Shown here: one piece after another, positions 47,540-54,792 of the stretch
Numbering within the stretch: position 1 is the first letter of the stretch
How the letters are laid out: every line of letters starts with the position of its first letter
NCBI GenBank assembly: GCA_031372565.1
Contig: JANMLN010000051.1
Coordinates: 1 to 54,792 of the forward strand
Direction: 5' to 3'
Source: Gemmatimonadota bacterium
Lineage (GTDB): Bacteria; Gemmatimonadota; Gemmatimonadetes; Gemmatimonadales; Gemmatimonadaceae
Length of the DNA: 54,792 nt
Notes under the pieces: generated by a model
Told to the model about the DNA's origin: nothing
What the model saw: the letters and a program-made list of their open reading frames with translations, nothing else
Database searches by the model: none
Translations under genes and position numbers: made by a program

Positions 47540-49866
47540 ACGCGACCATCCTCACCCACCTCGCCGCCTGGCTGGCCACCTACGCCATCCACAGCACGCT
47601 GCTGATCGCCGCCGTCGCCCTCTTCGTGCGGCTCCGCGCGCCCAACGCCGCCGTGCGCGACTTCGCCTGGAAGCTGGCCCTCGTGGGCGCCATCGCCACG
47701 AGCACCATCCAGCAGGCCGGCAACCTGCGGCCGGTCGGTTCGCTGGCCTTCGTTCGCACGGGCACCAGCGAGCGGCTCGTGACAGGCGGTGCCGCCACGC
47801 TTCCTCTGGGATCCGTCGCCGAACGCCCGAACGACATGATCCTGACCGGCGCCGAACTGCCGGGCGTTCGCGTCGCCGACGCGAAGCCGACGCGCGAGCG
47901 CGCCGCCGCTGCGCCCGGTTCGGCGCCCACGAACTCCCTCGACGCGACCGATCCCGCGATCGAGCGCGCGAGCGTCCCCGTCCCCACCGAGACGCCGTCG
48001 CCCGTCTCCAGCACCGTCACGACCCTCATGGTCGTCGCCTGGGGCGCCGTCGCGCTCCTCCTCGCCCTCATCTACATCGCCCGCCGGCTCATGCTCGCCG
48101 GCCGCCTCGTCACGCGCCGCACCGTCACCGAGGGGCGCATGCGCGCCCTCCTCGACGCGCTCCGCCTCGAAGTCGGTCATGACGCACCGGTCTTCCTCAC
48201 CGCTGCGAGCACCATCGCCAGCCCGGTCGCGCTCGGCCTCGCCGAGATCTGCGTGCCCGAGGCGGCCATCACCGACCTCGACGAAGACCAGCAGCGCGGG
48301 CTCCTCGCCCACGAGCTCGCCCATCTCCACCGCCGCGATCCGCTCTGGCTCGACGCCGCCTCGCTCATCGAGCGCGTCTTCTTCTTCCAGCCCCTCAACC
48401 GGCTGGCCCGGCGCGAGCTGCAGCACAACGCCGAGTACATCTGCGACGACTGGGCCGCCACCCACACCGGCTCCGGTGAGCCGCTGGCGCGCTGCCTGGC
48501 CCGCGTGGCCGAATGGATCGAGGCGAGCCCGCTCGGCGTGCCGGTGGCCGGCATGGCGGAGCAGCGCTCGCTCCTCGTCACCCGCATCTCCCGCCTCCTT
48601 GAGGATACCCCCGTGCGCTTTTCGCTCTCCCGCTTGTCCATGATCGCCGCCACCCTGGTGGCCGTGATCGCCGTCGTGGCCGCCGTGCCCGCGGTCCACG
48701 CCACCGCGCCCATGCAGCAGGCCGACAGCGCCAAGCCGTCGCCCACGGCTCGTGAGCCACGCGGGCCGTCGCGCGGCGGTTCGCGCGGTGAGCCGCGTGT
48801 CGAGTCGCTGGCCGAACGCGAGGCGGCGTCGAGCCTCTCGAGCGAGCCCAAGGTCGAGTCGCTCGCCGAACACGAGGCGATGGCGCGTCTCGCGGGCCAC
48901 CGCGACGGGCCAGTCGACCGGCTCGAGACGGGCGCCTTGGCCAGCCTCCGCCGCAGCGTGCGCGGCCAGGCAAGCGCGCTCGGCATGCTCGCCGGCCGCG
49001 ACACGGACGAGGTGGAGCAGGACCCCGCCGTCGTGACGGCGCTCATCGAGCGCCTCGCCGATGCCAACGCGAGCGTCCGTCGCGCCGCCGCGCAATCGCT
49101 CGGCAACCTGCGCGCTCGACGCGCCGTGTCGGCGCTGACCACCGCGCTTGGCGACAAGAGCCGTGAGGTGCGCGCCGCTGCAGCGGGCGCGCTCGGCAAC
49201 ATCGACGATCCCAAGGCGATCACGGCCCTCGTGAAGCTGCTCGGCGACGAGAGTGCCGAGGTGCGCGAGCAGGCGCTCAATGCGCTCTCGAACTTCGAGA
49301 GCGACGTGCCCGCCGCACCGATCATCGCCCTTCTGGGCGACGCGCGTCCGGATGTGCGCGCCCGGGCCGCAGCGATGCTCGGCAATATCGGAGATCGTGC
49401 GGCGATCGCGCCGCTCGGCAAGTTGATGAAGGATGGGTCGCCGGAGGTGCGACGCGAAGCGCTCCAGTCGCTGACGCAATTCAAGGACGCGTCGCTCGGA
49501 CCGATCGCCACGGCCGCCCTCGCCGACCAACAGATCGAGGTACGCGTGGCCGCGCTCAACGCGATGCACGAAGCGAACGTGGCAGTGCCCGAGGCGACGC
49601 TGCTCAAGCTGCTCGCCGACAACTCGCGCGAGTTGCGCCAGCACGCCGTGGAGTTCCTCCGCGACCAGCCGCTGTCGCCCGCCGTGGTGGGTGCGCTCGC
49701 GAAGTTGGTGACCGACGATCCGAGTGCGGACGTGCGAGAGTCGGCCGTGGGCGCGCTGGCCGAAGCGCGCAACCCGGCCGCGCGTGACGCGATCAAGGCG
49801 GCGCTGAACTCGCCCCATGCGCGCGTGCGGCGCGCCGCGGCCGAAGCGCTGGGGAACCGCCCGTGA
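47536..49866 (+). CDS. BlaR1-like M56 metallopeptidase fused to C-terminal HEAT repeats
   Basis: TM segments, LAHELAHLHRRD, FFQPL, EYICD; about 9 D....VR..AA.ALG repeats after the last TM. Confidence 0.92.
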   Translation: MNATILTHLAAWLATYAIHSTLLIAAVALFVRLRAPNAAVRDFAWKLALVGAIATSTIQQAGNLRPVGSLAFVRTGTSERLVTGGAATLPLGSVAERPNDMILTGAELPGVRVADAKPTRERAAAAPGSAPTNSLDATDPAIERASVPVPTETPSPVSSTVTTLMVVAWGAVALLLALIYIARRLMLAGRLVTRRTVTEGRMRALLDALRLEVGHDAPVFLTAASTIASPVALGLAEICVPEAAITDLDEDQQRGLLAHELAHLHRRDPLWLDAASLIERVFFFQPLNRLARRELQHNAEYICDDWAATHTGSGEPLARCLARVAEWIEASPLGVPVAGMAEQRSLLVTRISRLLEDTPVRFSLSRLSMIAATLVAVIAVVAAVPAVHATAPMQQADSAKPSPTAREPRGPSRGGSRGEPRVESLAEREAASSLSSEPKVESLAEHEAMARLAGHRDGPVDRLETGALASLRRSVRGQASALGMLAGRDTDEVEQDPAVVTALIERLADANASVRRAAAQSLGNLRARRAVSALTTALGDKSREVRAAAAGALGNIDDPKAITALVKLLGDESAEVREQALNALSNFESDVPAAPIIALLGDARPDVRARAAAMLGNIGDRAAIAPLGKLMKDGSPEVRREALQSLTQFKDASLGPIATAALADQQIEVRVAALNAMHEANVAVPEATLLKLLADNSRELRQHAVEFLRDQPLSPAVVGALAKLVTDDPSADVRESAVGALAEARNPAARDAIKAALNSPHARVRRAAAEALGNRP

Positions 49867-50864
49867 ATGCGCGTCGCATGGGACTCATCGCGGGGATCGC
49901 CATTGGCGTGGTGCTCACGGCCGGCAGCGCCTTTGCCTGGGGCGCGCAGGGATTCCACTTCCGGAACGGCGGCGGTGGCGGAGACGACGACAGCCAGCCC
50001 GGCCCCGATTCGGCGCGTGTGGCCACGCTGCTCACCTCGCTCGGACAGGCCGACCCGCTCGTGTGCGACATGCTGGCCGACCAGATCGGCAACTTCTGGA
50101 CCGATGCGGGGCGCTATGGCATTGGCCGCCTGAGCGATGCCAGTGCGGTGGTACTCGCGGCCAAGGATTCGTTGCACGGTCGCGTGCGCCAGCCCGGCGC
50201 CATCGCCCTGCTGTCGAGCTCGCTGCGCTCCACGAATCCGTGCACGCGACGCGTGGCGGCCAAGCTGCTCGGTCGCTCGGCGGCCACCACGGCCATGCTC
50301 TCGGCGCTGCTCGCCGACCCGTCCATCACGGTGCGCGAAGCGGCGGCGTACGCCATTGGCGGCGAGGAGCGTGGCGAGGCGCGTGGCCCGCTCGAGCGGC
50401 TGGCCCGCGGCCATCGCGGCCCCGATGCCGCCATGGCGGTGTGGGCCCTGGGCGAGTTCGGCGACCCGGTGTCACTCCCCGTCTTCGTGGCCGCACTGGC
50501 CGAGGGGGACGCGCAGGTGAAGCTCGCCGCCGCTGCGGCCATCGGTGAGCTGCACGACCTCGAGCGAGCGCCGAGCGCGCTCGTGGAAGCGGCGCGCTCG
50601 GCCGACGGCCCGCTGCGCAGGATCGCGGCCCGGTCGCTGGCGTCGATTGGCGATCCGAATACGGTGGAAACGCTGATGGCGCTCGTCAGCATCGACGACA
50701 CGCACGTGCGGATGCGCGTGATCGAGGCGCTGGGCCACATCGGGTCGGCCAAGGCGGCGCCGGTACTGATGAAGGCGTCGCGCGACGCCAACGCCGAGGT
50801 GCGGCGGGCGGCGGTCGAGGCGCTGGGCGAAGTGGCGAAGAACGACGGCGCGGACGGCGAGTAG
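49863..50864 (+). CDS. Exported HEAT-repeat protein
   Basis: Signal peptide (AFA|), DPSITVREAAAYAIG and DANAEVRRAAVEALG. GTGA overlap with the M56 gene. Confidence 0.88.
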   Translation: MNARRMGLIAGIAIGVVLTAGSAFAWGAQGFHFRNGGGGGDDDSQPGPDSARVATLLTSLGQADPLVCDMLADQIGNFWTDAGRYGIGRLSDASAVVLAAKDSLHGRVRQPGAIALLSSSLRSTNPCTRRVAAKLLGRSAATTAMLSALLADPSITVREAAAYAIGGEERGEARGPLERLARGHRGPDAAMAVWALGEFGDPVSLPVFVAALAEGDAQVKLAAAAAIGELHDLERAPSALVEAARSADGPLRRIAARSLASIGDPNTVETLMALVSIDDTHVRMRVIEALGHIGSAKAAPVLMKASRDANAEVRRAAVEALGEVAKNDGADGE

Positions 50865-50891
50865 GCCGGGCCGCCCGGCAGGTTCGCCACC

Positions 50892-50920
50892 TTGACGGGC
50901 GTATATGTGCCGTGTGTACT
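50892..50920 (+). promoter_or_regulatory. Possible sigma70 promoter
   Basis: TTGACG-17 nt-TGTACT in an AT-richer patch. Confidence 0.4.
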
Positions 50921-50954
50921 GCTTTCGTGACGGACGACAGCGACGCACGGCTCG

Positions 50955-51333
50955 CACCCACCGACCGTGCCGCCTGTCATCGTTCCGCTGCGCGACGGGC
51001 TGCTTCGACGCAACGTCTGCTTGGCGCGGGCCTCACCGTGCTCGCTGCAGACGGGCGTTTTCGGAAGCGCGCTGCGCGCGCATCGTATTGGACCGCCCGC
51101 TGCAGAAGCCACCGCTAGATTGCACCGCATGCATGTCCGTCCGATCGCGCCGTCTGACCGTCGCACCGCGCGACTCGCCGCCCGCATCCTCGCGCGCGCG
51201 GTCATGCGGCACTGCCCCGCCTGCGGCGGGGGGCACCTGTTTGCCACCTGGTTCACGCTCGCCGCCGCCTGCCCTGCCTGCGGCCTGCGCCTGGACTAGG
51301 GACCGCACGATCATTTTGTCGGCACGACGCTGG
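50955..51333 (+). repeat. 379-bp direct repeat copy B, containing a DUF983 pseudogene (51129..51299, TAG)
   Basis: Colinear with 52447..52825 (offset 1492, no indels, ~9 mismatches). CTGGACTAG replaces CTGCACCAT. Confidence 0.95.
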
Positions 51334-51512
51334 CGTGCCGTCGTTGCACGGAGCCAGACCGGGCCACGCGCGGTCGCGACTGGCGAGCGATCCGCAACCC
51401 GCGTAAGGTTACCAGACCGTCCACTACAGCCACGCACCGAATCAGGCCCTGACAGCTGGCGCCGCGCCGAGATGCGGACGCGGCGAGAACTTCGCACCGG
51501 AGCCTGCACCCG

Positions 51513-51971
51513 ATGCTGATTCGGCGATTCCTCCAACTCGCGCTCGGCGCCATGTTGCTTGGCTGCAGCGTCGACCTCACGCCGCCCGCCGCCCCGGATC
51601 CGCTGCGCCCGGCACCCGTGATCAGCGTGAGCGCCACGCAGCTGTCGTGGACGAGGGATAGCGCCGTCCGGTACACGGTCAGCAACCCTGATGGTGTGCC
51701 AGTCTTCACGTCGTGCCCGTTCATGGGAATCGAGTACTACCGCGATGGCTGGAAGGTCGAGTACTTCCAGGACGGATGCCTCCAGGGCGGTCAGCAGTTC
51801 TTTCCCGTAGCCGCGGGCGATTCGATCGTAAACAGTGTTCAACTCACGAGCAGCTACTTCCCGCGGTCCGGCTGGTATCGCTTCACCCTCCTACTGTACC
51901 GCGCCGAAAGTTGGAGCGCTCCCTGGGGCAGCCCGCGTCTGGGCTCGGCGCCGTTCTACGTGGGTCCGTGA
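51513..51971 (+). CDS. Hypothetical lipoprotein (Ig-like)
   Basis: Lipobox LLG|C, Cys pair, and visibly lower GC than neighbours. Confidence 0.75.
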   Translation: MLIRRFLQLALGAMLLGCSVDLTPPAAPDPLRPAPVISVSATQLSWTRDSAVRYTVSNPDGVPVFTSCPFMGIEYYRDGWKVEYFQDGCLQGGQQFFPVAAGDSIVNSVQLTSSYFPRSGWYRFTLLLYRAESWSAPWGSPRLGSAPFYVGP

Positions 51972-51985
51972 CGCGCGCGCAGGTG

Positions 51986-52446
51986 GGAATAGGAAATTCA
52001 ATCGAGATGGGTCGACTATCCGCCGAGTAGACGGCGCGATGGCCGACCTCGCCAGCGCCGCGTGACGGGACGGGGCGCGCCCTGTGTCTCGCGTGGGCGC
52101 CGTGAGTGCGGTGCGAGCGGCGGTCACCTTGGGGGGACGATACCGGCGGGGACCAATCGGAAGCATCGGTGGAACGGCCGCCCGCGCCACAGGTCCCCCA
52201 GTGGTGGCGGGGCGTTGGCGGAAGGGCGTGGGGCGCGTGCGGTGCTCCGGCTCGCGGGGGCCCGCTTCGATGGCGGGCTCCGCGCGCCCGCGAAGCGGTC
52301 GTCATGGACCGTCTGCAGGCGATGCAGATGATCTGACACCAACCGAAAGAGCGGCGACGCCTGCGGGCGTCGGGGCTTGTAGACGCCGAGCGCCGCCGAG
52401 GCCGCGTCGGTCATCCGCGCTCCGGGACCGGGGAGCGCCGAGCATA
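51986..52446 (-). mobile_element. Internally deleted (non-autonomous) IS91-like element
   Basis: ORF from ATG 52414 reads MTDAASAALGVYKPRRPQASPLFRLVSDHLHRLQTVHDDRFA (IS91-like N-terminus), fused directly to a GARSPPS tail. AT-rich putative end CGATTGAATTTCCTATTCC at 52004..51986. Boundaries approximate. Confidence 0.7.
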
Positions 52447-52825
52447 CACCCAACGACCGTGCCGCCTGTCATCGTTCCGTTGCGCGACGGACTGCTTCGA
52501 CGCAACGTCTGCTTGGCGCGGGCCTCACCGTGCTCGCTGCAGACGGGCGTTTTCGGAAGCGCGCTGCGCGCGCATCGTATTGGACCGCCCGCTGCAGAAG
52601 CCACGGCTAGATTGCACCGCATGCATGTCCGTCCGATCGCGCCGTCTGACCGTCGCACCGCGCGACTCGCCGCCCGCATCCTCGCGCGCGCGGTCATGCG
52701 GCACTGCCCCGCTTGCGGTGGGGGGCACCTGTTTGCCACCTGGTTCACGCTCGCCGCCGCCTGCCCTGCCTGCGGCCTGCGCCTGCACCATGGACCGCAC
52801 GATCATTTTGTCGGCACGACGCTGG
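52447..52825 (+). repeat. 379-bp direct repeat copy A (overlaps the 5' part of the intact DUF983 gene)
   Basis: Colinear with 50955..51333. Confidence 0.95.
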
Positions 52826-53055
52826 TGAACTTCCTCGCGGCCGAATTGCTGTGGGCCGCGGGCTTCACCACCTACCTCATCCTCACCTGGCCGAATCCCG
52901 CGTGGGACGCGCTGACCTATGTGAGCGTCGTGTTCATGGCCGTACTCCCGATCGCCCTCTATCCGTTCACGCGCATTACCTGGCTCGCGGTCGACTTCAT
53001 CTTCCGACCCGGCGGTGAGGGCGAACGCCCGGACATCACTCCCCGCGCCCCGTGA
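52621..53055 (+). CDS. DUF983-family Zn-ribbon membrane protein (intact)
   Basis: CPACGGGHLF...CPACGL, then two TM segments and W..DF. Confidence 0.85.
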   Translation: MHVRPIAPSDRRTARLAARILARAVMRHCPACGGGHLFATWFTLAAACPACGLRLHHGPHDHFVGTTLVNFLAAELLWAAGFTTYLILTWPNPAWDALTYVSVVFMAVLPIALYPFTRITWLAVDFIFRPGGEGERPDITPRAP

Positions 53056-53390
53056 GGCCACTCGTCGAGTCTCCCCACCGCCAGACGGCGACGATGGTGT
53101 GCGTGCTGCTGGTACCCCCGCTCGCCCCGCTCGTGTGGATCGGCTTGGGTGGCCCGGACCGCACGCGCTTTCTGCGCTCCTGGCTGGTGCGCATCGGCAT
53201 CGCGCTGATGGTGCTGGCGCCGCTCCCGCTGATGAGCGTGATCATCGCATCCGAGTTTGGCTGGTCGCGCGATGCGAATCCCAATCCGATCGGTTTCGGG
53301 TTGCTCTTCGTGGCCCTGACCGTGGTCGCCACCGTGTTGCTCACCGCCGGCACGCTGCTGACCGAACTCGCGATCCGCCGCTCGCGGTAG
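53052..53390 (+). CDS. Small 3-TM hypothetical membrane protein
   Basis: Three hydrophobic segments and NPNPIGFGLL. GTGA overlap with the DUF983 stop. Confidence 0.65.
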   Translation: MRPLVESPHRQTATMVCVLLVPPLAPLVWIGLGGPDRTRFLRSWLVRIGIALMVLAPLPLMSVIIASEFGWSRDANPNPIGFGLLFVALTVVATVLLTAGTLLTELAIRRSR

Positions 53391-53420
53391 CGCGCCGCAC
53401 CGACGGTCAGCCCGCCGCGC

Positions 53421-54792
53421 TTACGGCAGCTGCGCGGGAAAGCCCAGGGACACGGCCAGCTCGGCGCGCACCGCCAGTTGGCGCGCCTGCAACTGCGCGA
53501 ACCGGACTTCCTCGTCCAGCACCAACCGCTCGCGCAGGTTCACGATCAGCAGCGAGCTCTCTCCGGAGTCGAAGCGTCGCTGTTCGCCCGAGAGCAACCG
53601 TCGCGCCTGCACGACCGTCACGCGTTGCAGGGCGAGCAGGCGTTCCGCCGCTCCCAGGTCGTTGGCCGCGATCCGCACGGCATTGGTCACCTCCCGGCGC
53701 ACCCGCGCGAGGTCGAAGCGCAGCCCATCGAGCCGCTGGTTCACGGCCCCGGCGCGCCCGCGCTCCTTGAGGAAGAGCAGCGGCGACTTGAGAAAGACGC
53801 CCGCCTTGTAGTTGTCCTCGAGCATCCCCTTCTGCCCGCCGTCCGTCGCGCGCACCGCCGCCAGGTCGATCCCGGCCAGCGGGATCAGCTGCTGCGCCAG
53901 GAGCCGTTCCTGCGCCTCGAGCGCCCGCACTCGCGCACTCGCACGGACGATTTCGGGATGGTCCCGCTCGGCGTTGGCGAGCCATGCCGCAAAACGGACA
54001 GAGTCGACTGGCGCGTCGGGCAACACATCGATGACCGGCACCGAGACCGGAGCGAGTTCCACCGGGCGTACCGCCTGATCCCACAGGTAGGCGCCCGCGG
54101 CGATGCGCGCGGTGACGAGCCCCTGCTGCGCATCGACGAGTTGCCCGTCGCGTCGCTGCACCTCGAGCCGCGCTTCAAGCGTGTCGATCCCGGGCACCTC
54201 GCCACTCTGGAAACGGCGCCGCACCCCCTCGAGACGGAAGGCCGCCAGCGCCATCCCCTCGCGCGCAATCCGCTCGCGCTGCCACGCCTCGAACCATCGT
54301 CCGTACTCGCGCGCCGAGGCGAGCAGCAGCCGGTTCACCGCCGAGGTGCGCTCCCCCTCCGCGCCGTCGCGCACCGCGCGGGCCTGCTGCAACGCGGCTC
54401 TGCGCTCATCGGTCAGGATGCGCTGCCCGAACGGGATGCTCACCCCCATCGTCAGGAGGCCCGCCGACGGCGTCGACAGCTGCGGGTTCACGTTCGTGCC
54501 GAGGGAGCGCTCGAGGGCCACCTTGAAATCCGCACCGATCGGCGTCGGAATCTTGAGCTCGGCGGCCACTTCATCGTAGTACGTCTTGCCGTCAACGCGC
54601 TTGCGGTCCCACTCGGCGGTGAGTGTCGGATCGAACGCGCCGCGCGCGACGCGCACATCCTGTTCGGAGGCGTCGAGCGCAGCCCGCGCGGCGCGAGCGA
54701 CCGGATGGTACGCGGCCACCAGCCCCTGGAACTCGCGGAACGTCACCGGCACCGAGCTGTCAGGGCGCGCGACGGCGGCCGCCACCTGCAAG
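53421..54792 (-). CDS. TolC-family outer membrane efflux protein (5' end outside the window)
   Basis: HP...A, ARGAFDP, RFQSGEVPGIDTLEA and EQRRFDSGESSLL.VN.RE outer membrane factor motifs. Confidence 0.9.
   Translation of the reverse strand, partial: LQVAAAVARPDSSVPVTFREFQGLVAAYHPVARAARAALDASEQDVRVARGAFDPTLTAEWDRKRVDGKTYYDEVAAELKIPTPIGADFKVALERSLGTNVNPQLSTPSAGLLTMGVSIPFGQRILTDERRAALQQARAVRDGAEGERTSAVNRLLLASAREYGRWFEAWQRERIAREGMALAAFRLEGVRRRFQSGEVPGIDTLEARLEVQRRDGQLVDAQQGLVTARIAAGAYLWDQAVRPVELAPVSVPVIDVLPDAPVDSVRFAAWLANAERDHPEIVRASARVRALEAQERLLAQQLIPLAGIDLAAVRATDGGQKGMLEDNYKAGVFLKSPLLFLKERGRAGAVNQRLDGLRFDLARVRREVTNAVRIAANDLGAAERLLALQRVTVVQARRLLSGEQRRFDSGESSLLIVNLRERLVLDEEVRFAQLQARQLAVRAELAVSLGFPAQLP

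Noticed and set aside
47347..50414. 823-aa and 745-aa minus-strand ORFs (likewise 25041..27635 and 22630..24534 on the plus strand)
   Set aside because: Shadow frames of well-supported genes on the opposite strand.

Overview
GC-rich bacterial chromosomal window; gene order and protein style suggest Gemmatimonadota (inference). From left to right: (1) the 3' end of an ISL3 element, then argF. (2) A six-gene glycosylation cluster with three paralogous GT-C-type membrane glycosyltransferases, one GT4 and two SAM methyltransferases. (3) A minus-strand housekeeping run, smg-topA-trmFO-xerC-[multi-PAS hybrid kinase]-hslV-hslU, preceded by aroC-aroK. (4) A type IVa pilus locus with pilSR, two tandem Geobacter-PilA-like pilins behind a sigma54 promoter, pilV/W/X-like minor pilins, pilMNOPQ and a 1214-aa Ig-like/beta-propeller lipoprotein. 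(5) Miscellaneous genes: hlyC/corC, a methyltransferase, arfB, a metalloprotease and a GGDEF protein. (6) An ~8 kb accessory region where DUF983 5' stubs, IS91-like transposase relics and cargo genes (amidohydrolase, BlaI/M56-HEAT/HEAT operon, lipoprotein) alternate. (7) A truncated TolC. The two strongest leads are a marked D-(S/T)-hydrophobic motif enrichment in exported proteins, which may mark a Bacteroidetes-like protein O-glycosylation system near the GT-C trio, and a possible IS91-like rolling-circle gene-capture array at the DUF983 locus. All calls come from manual motif reading; no searches were run.
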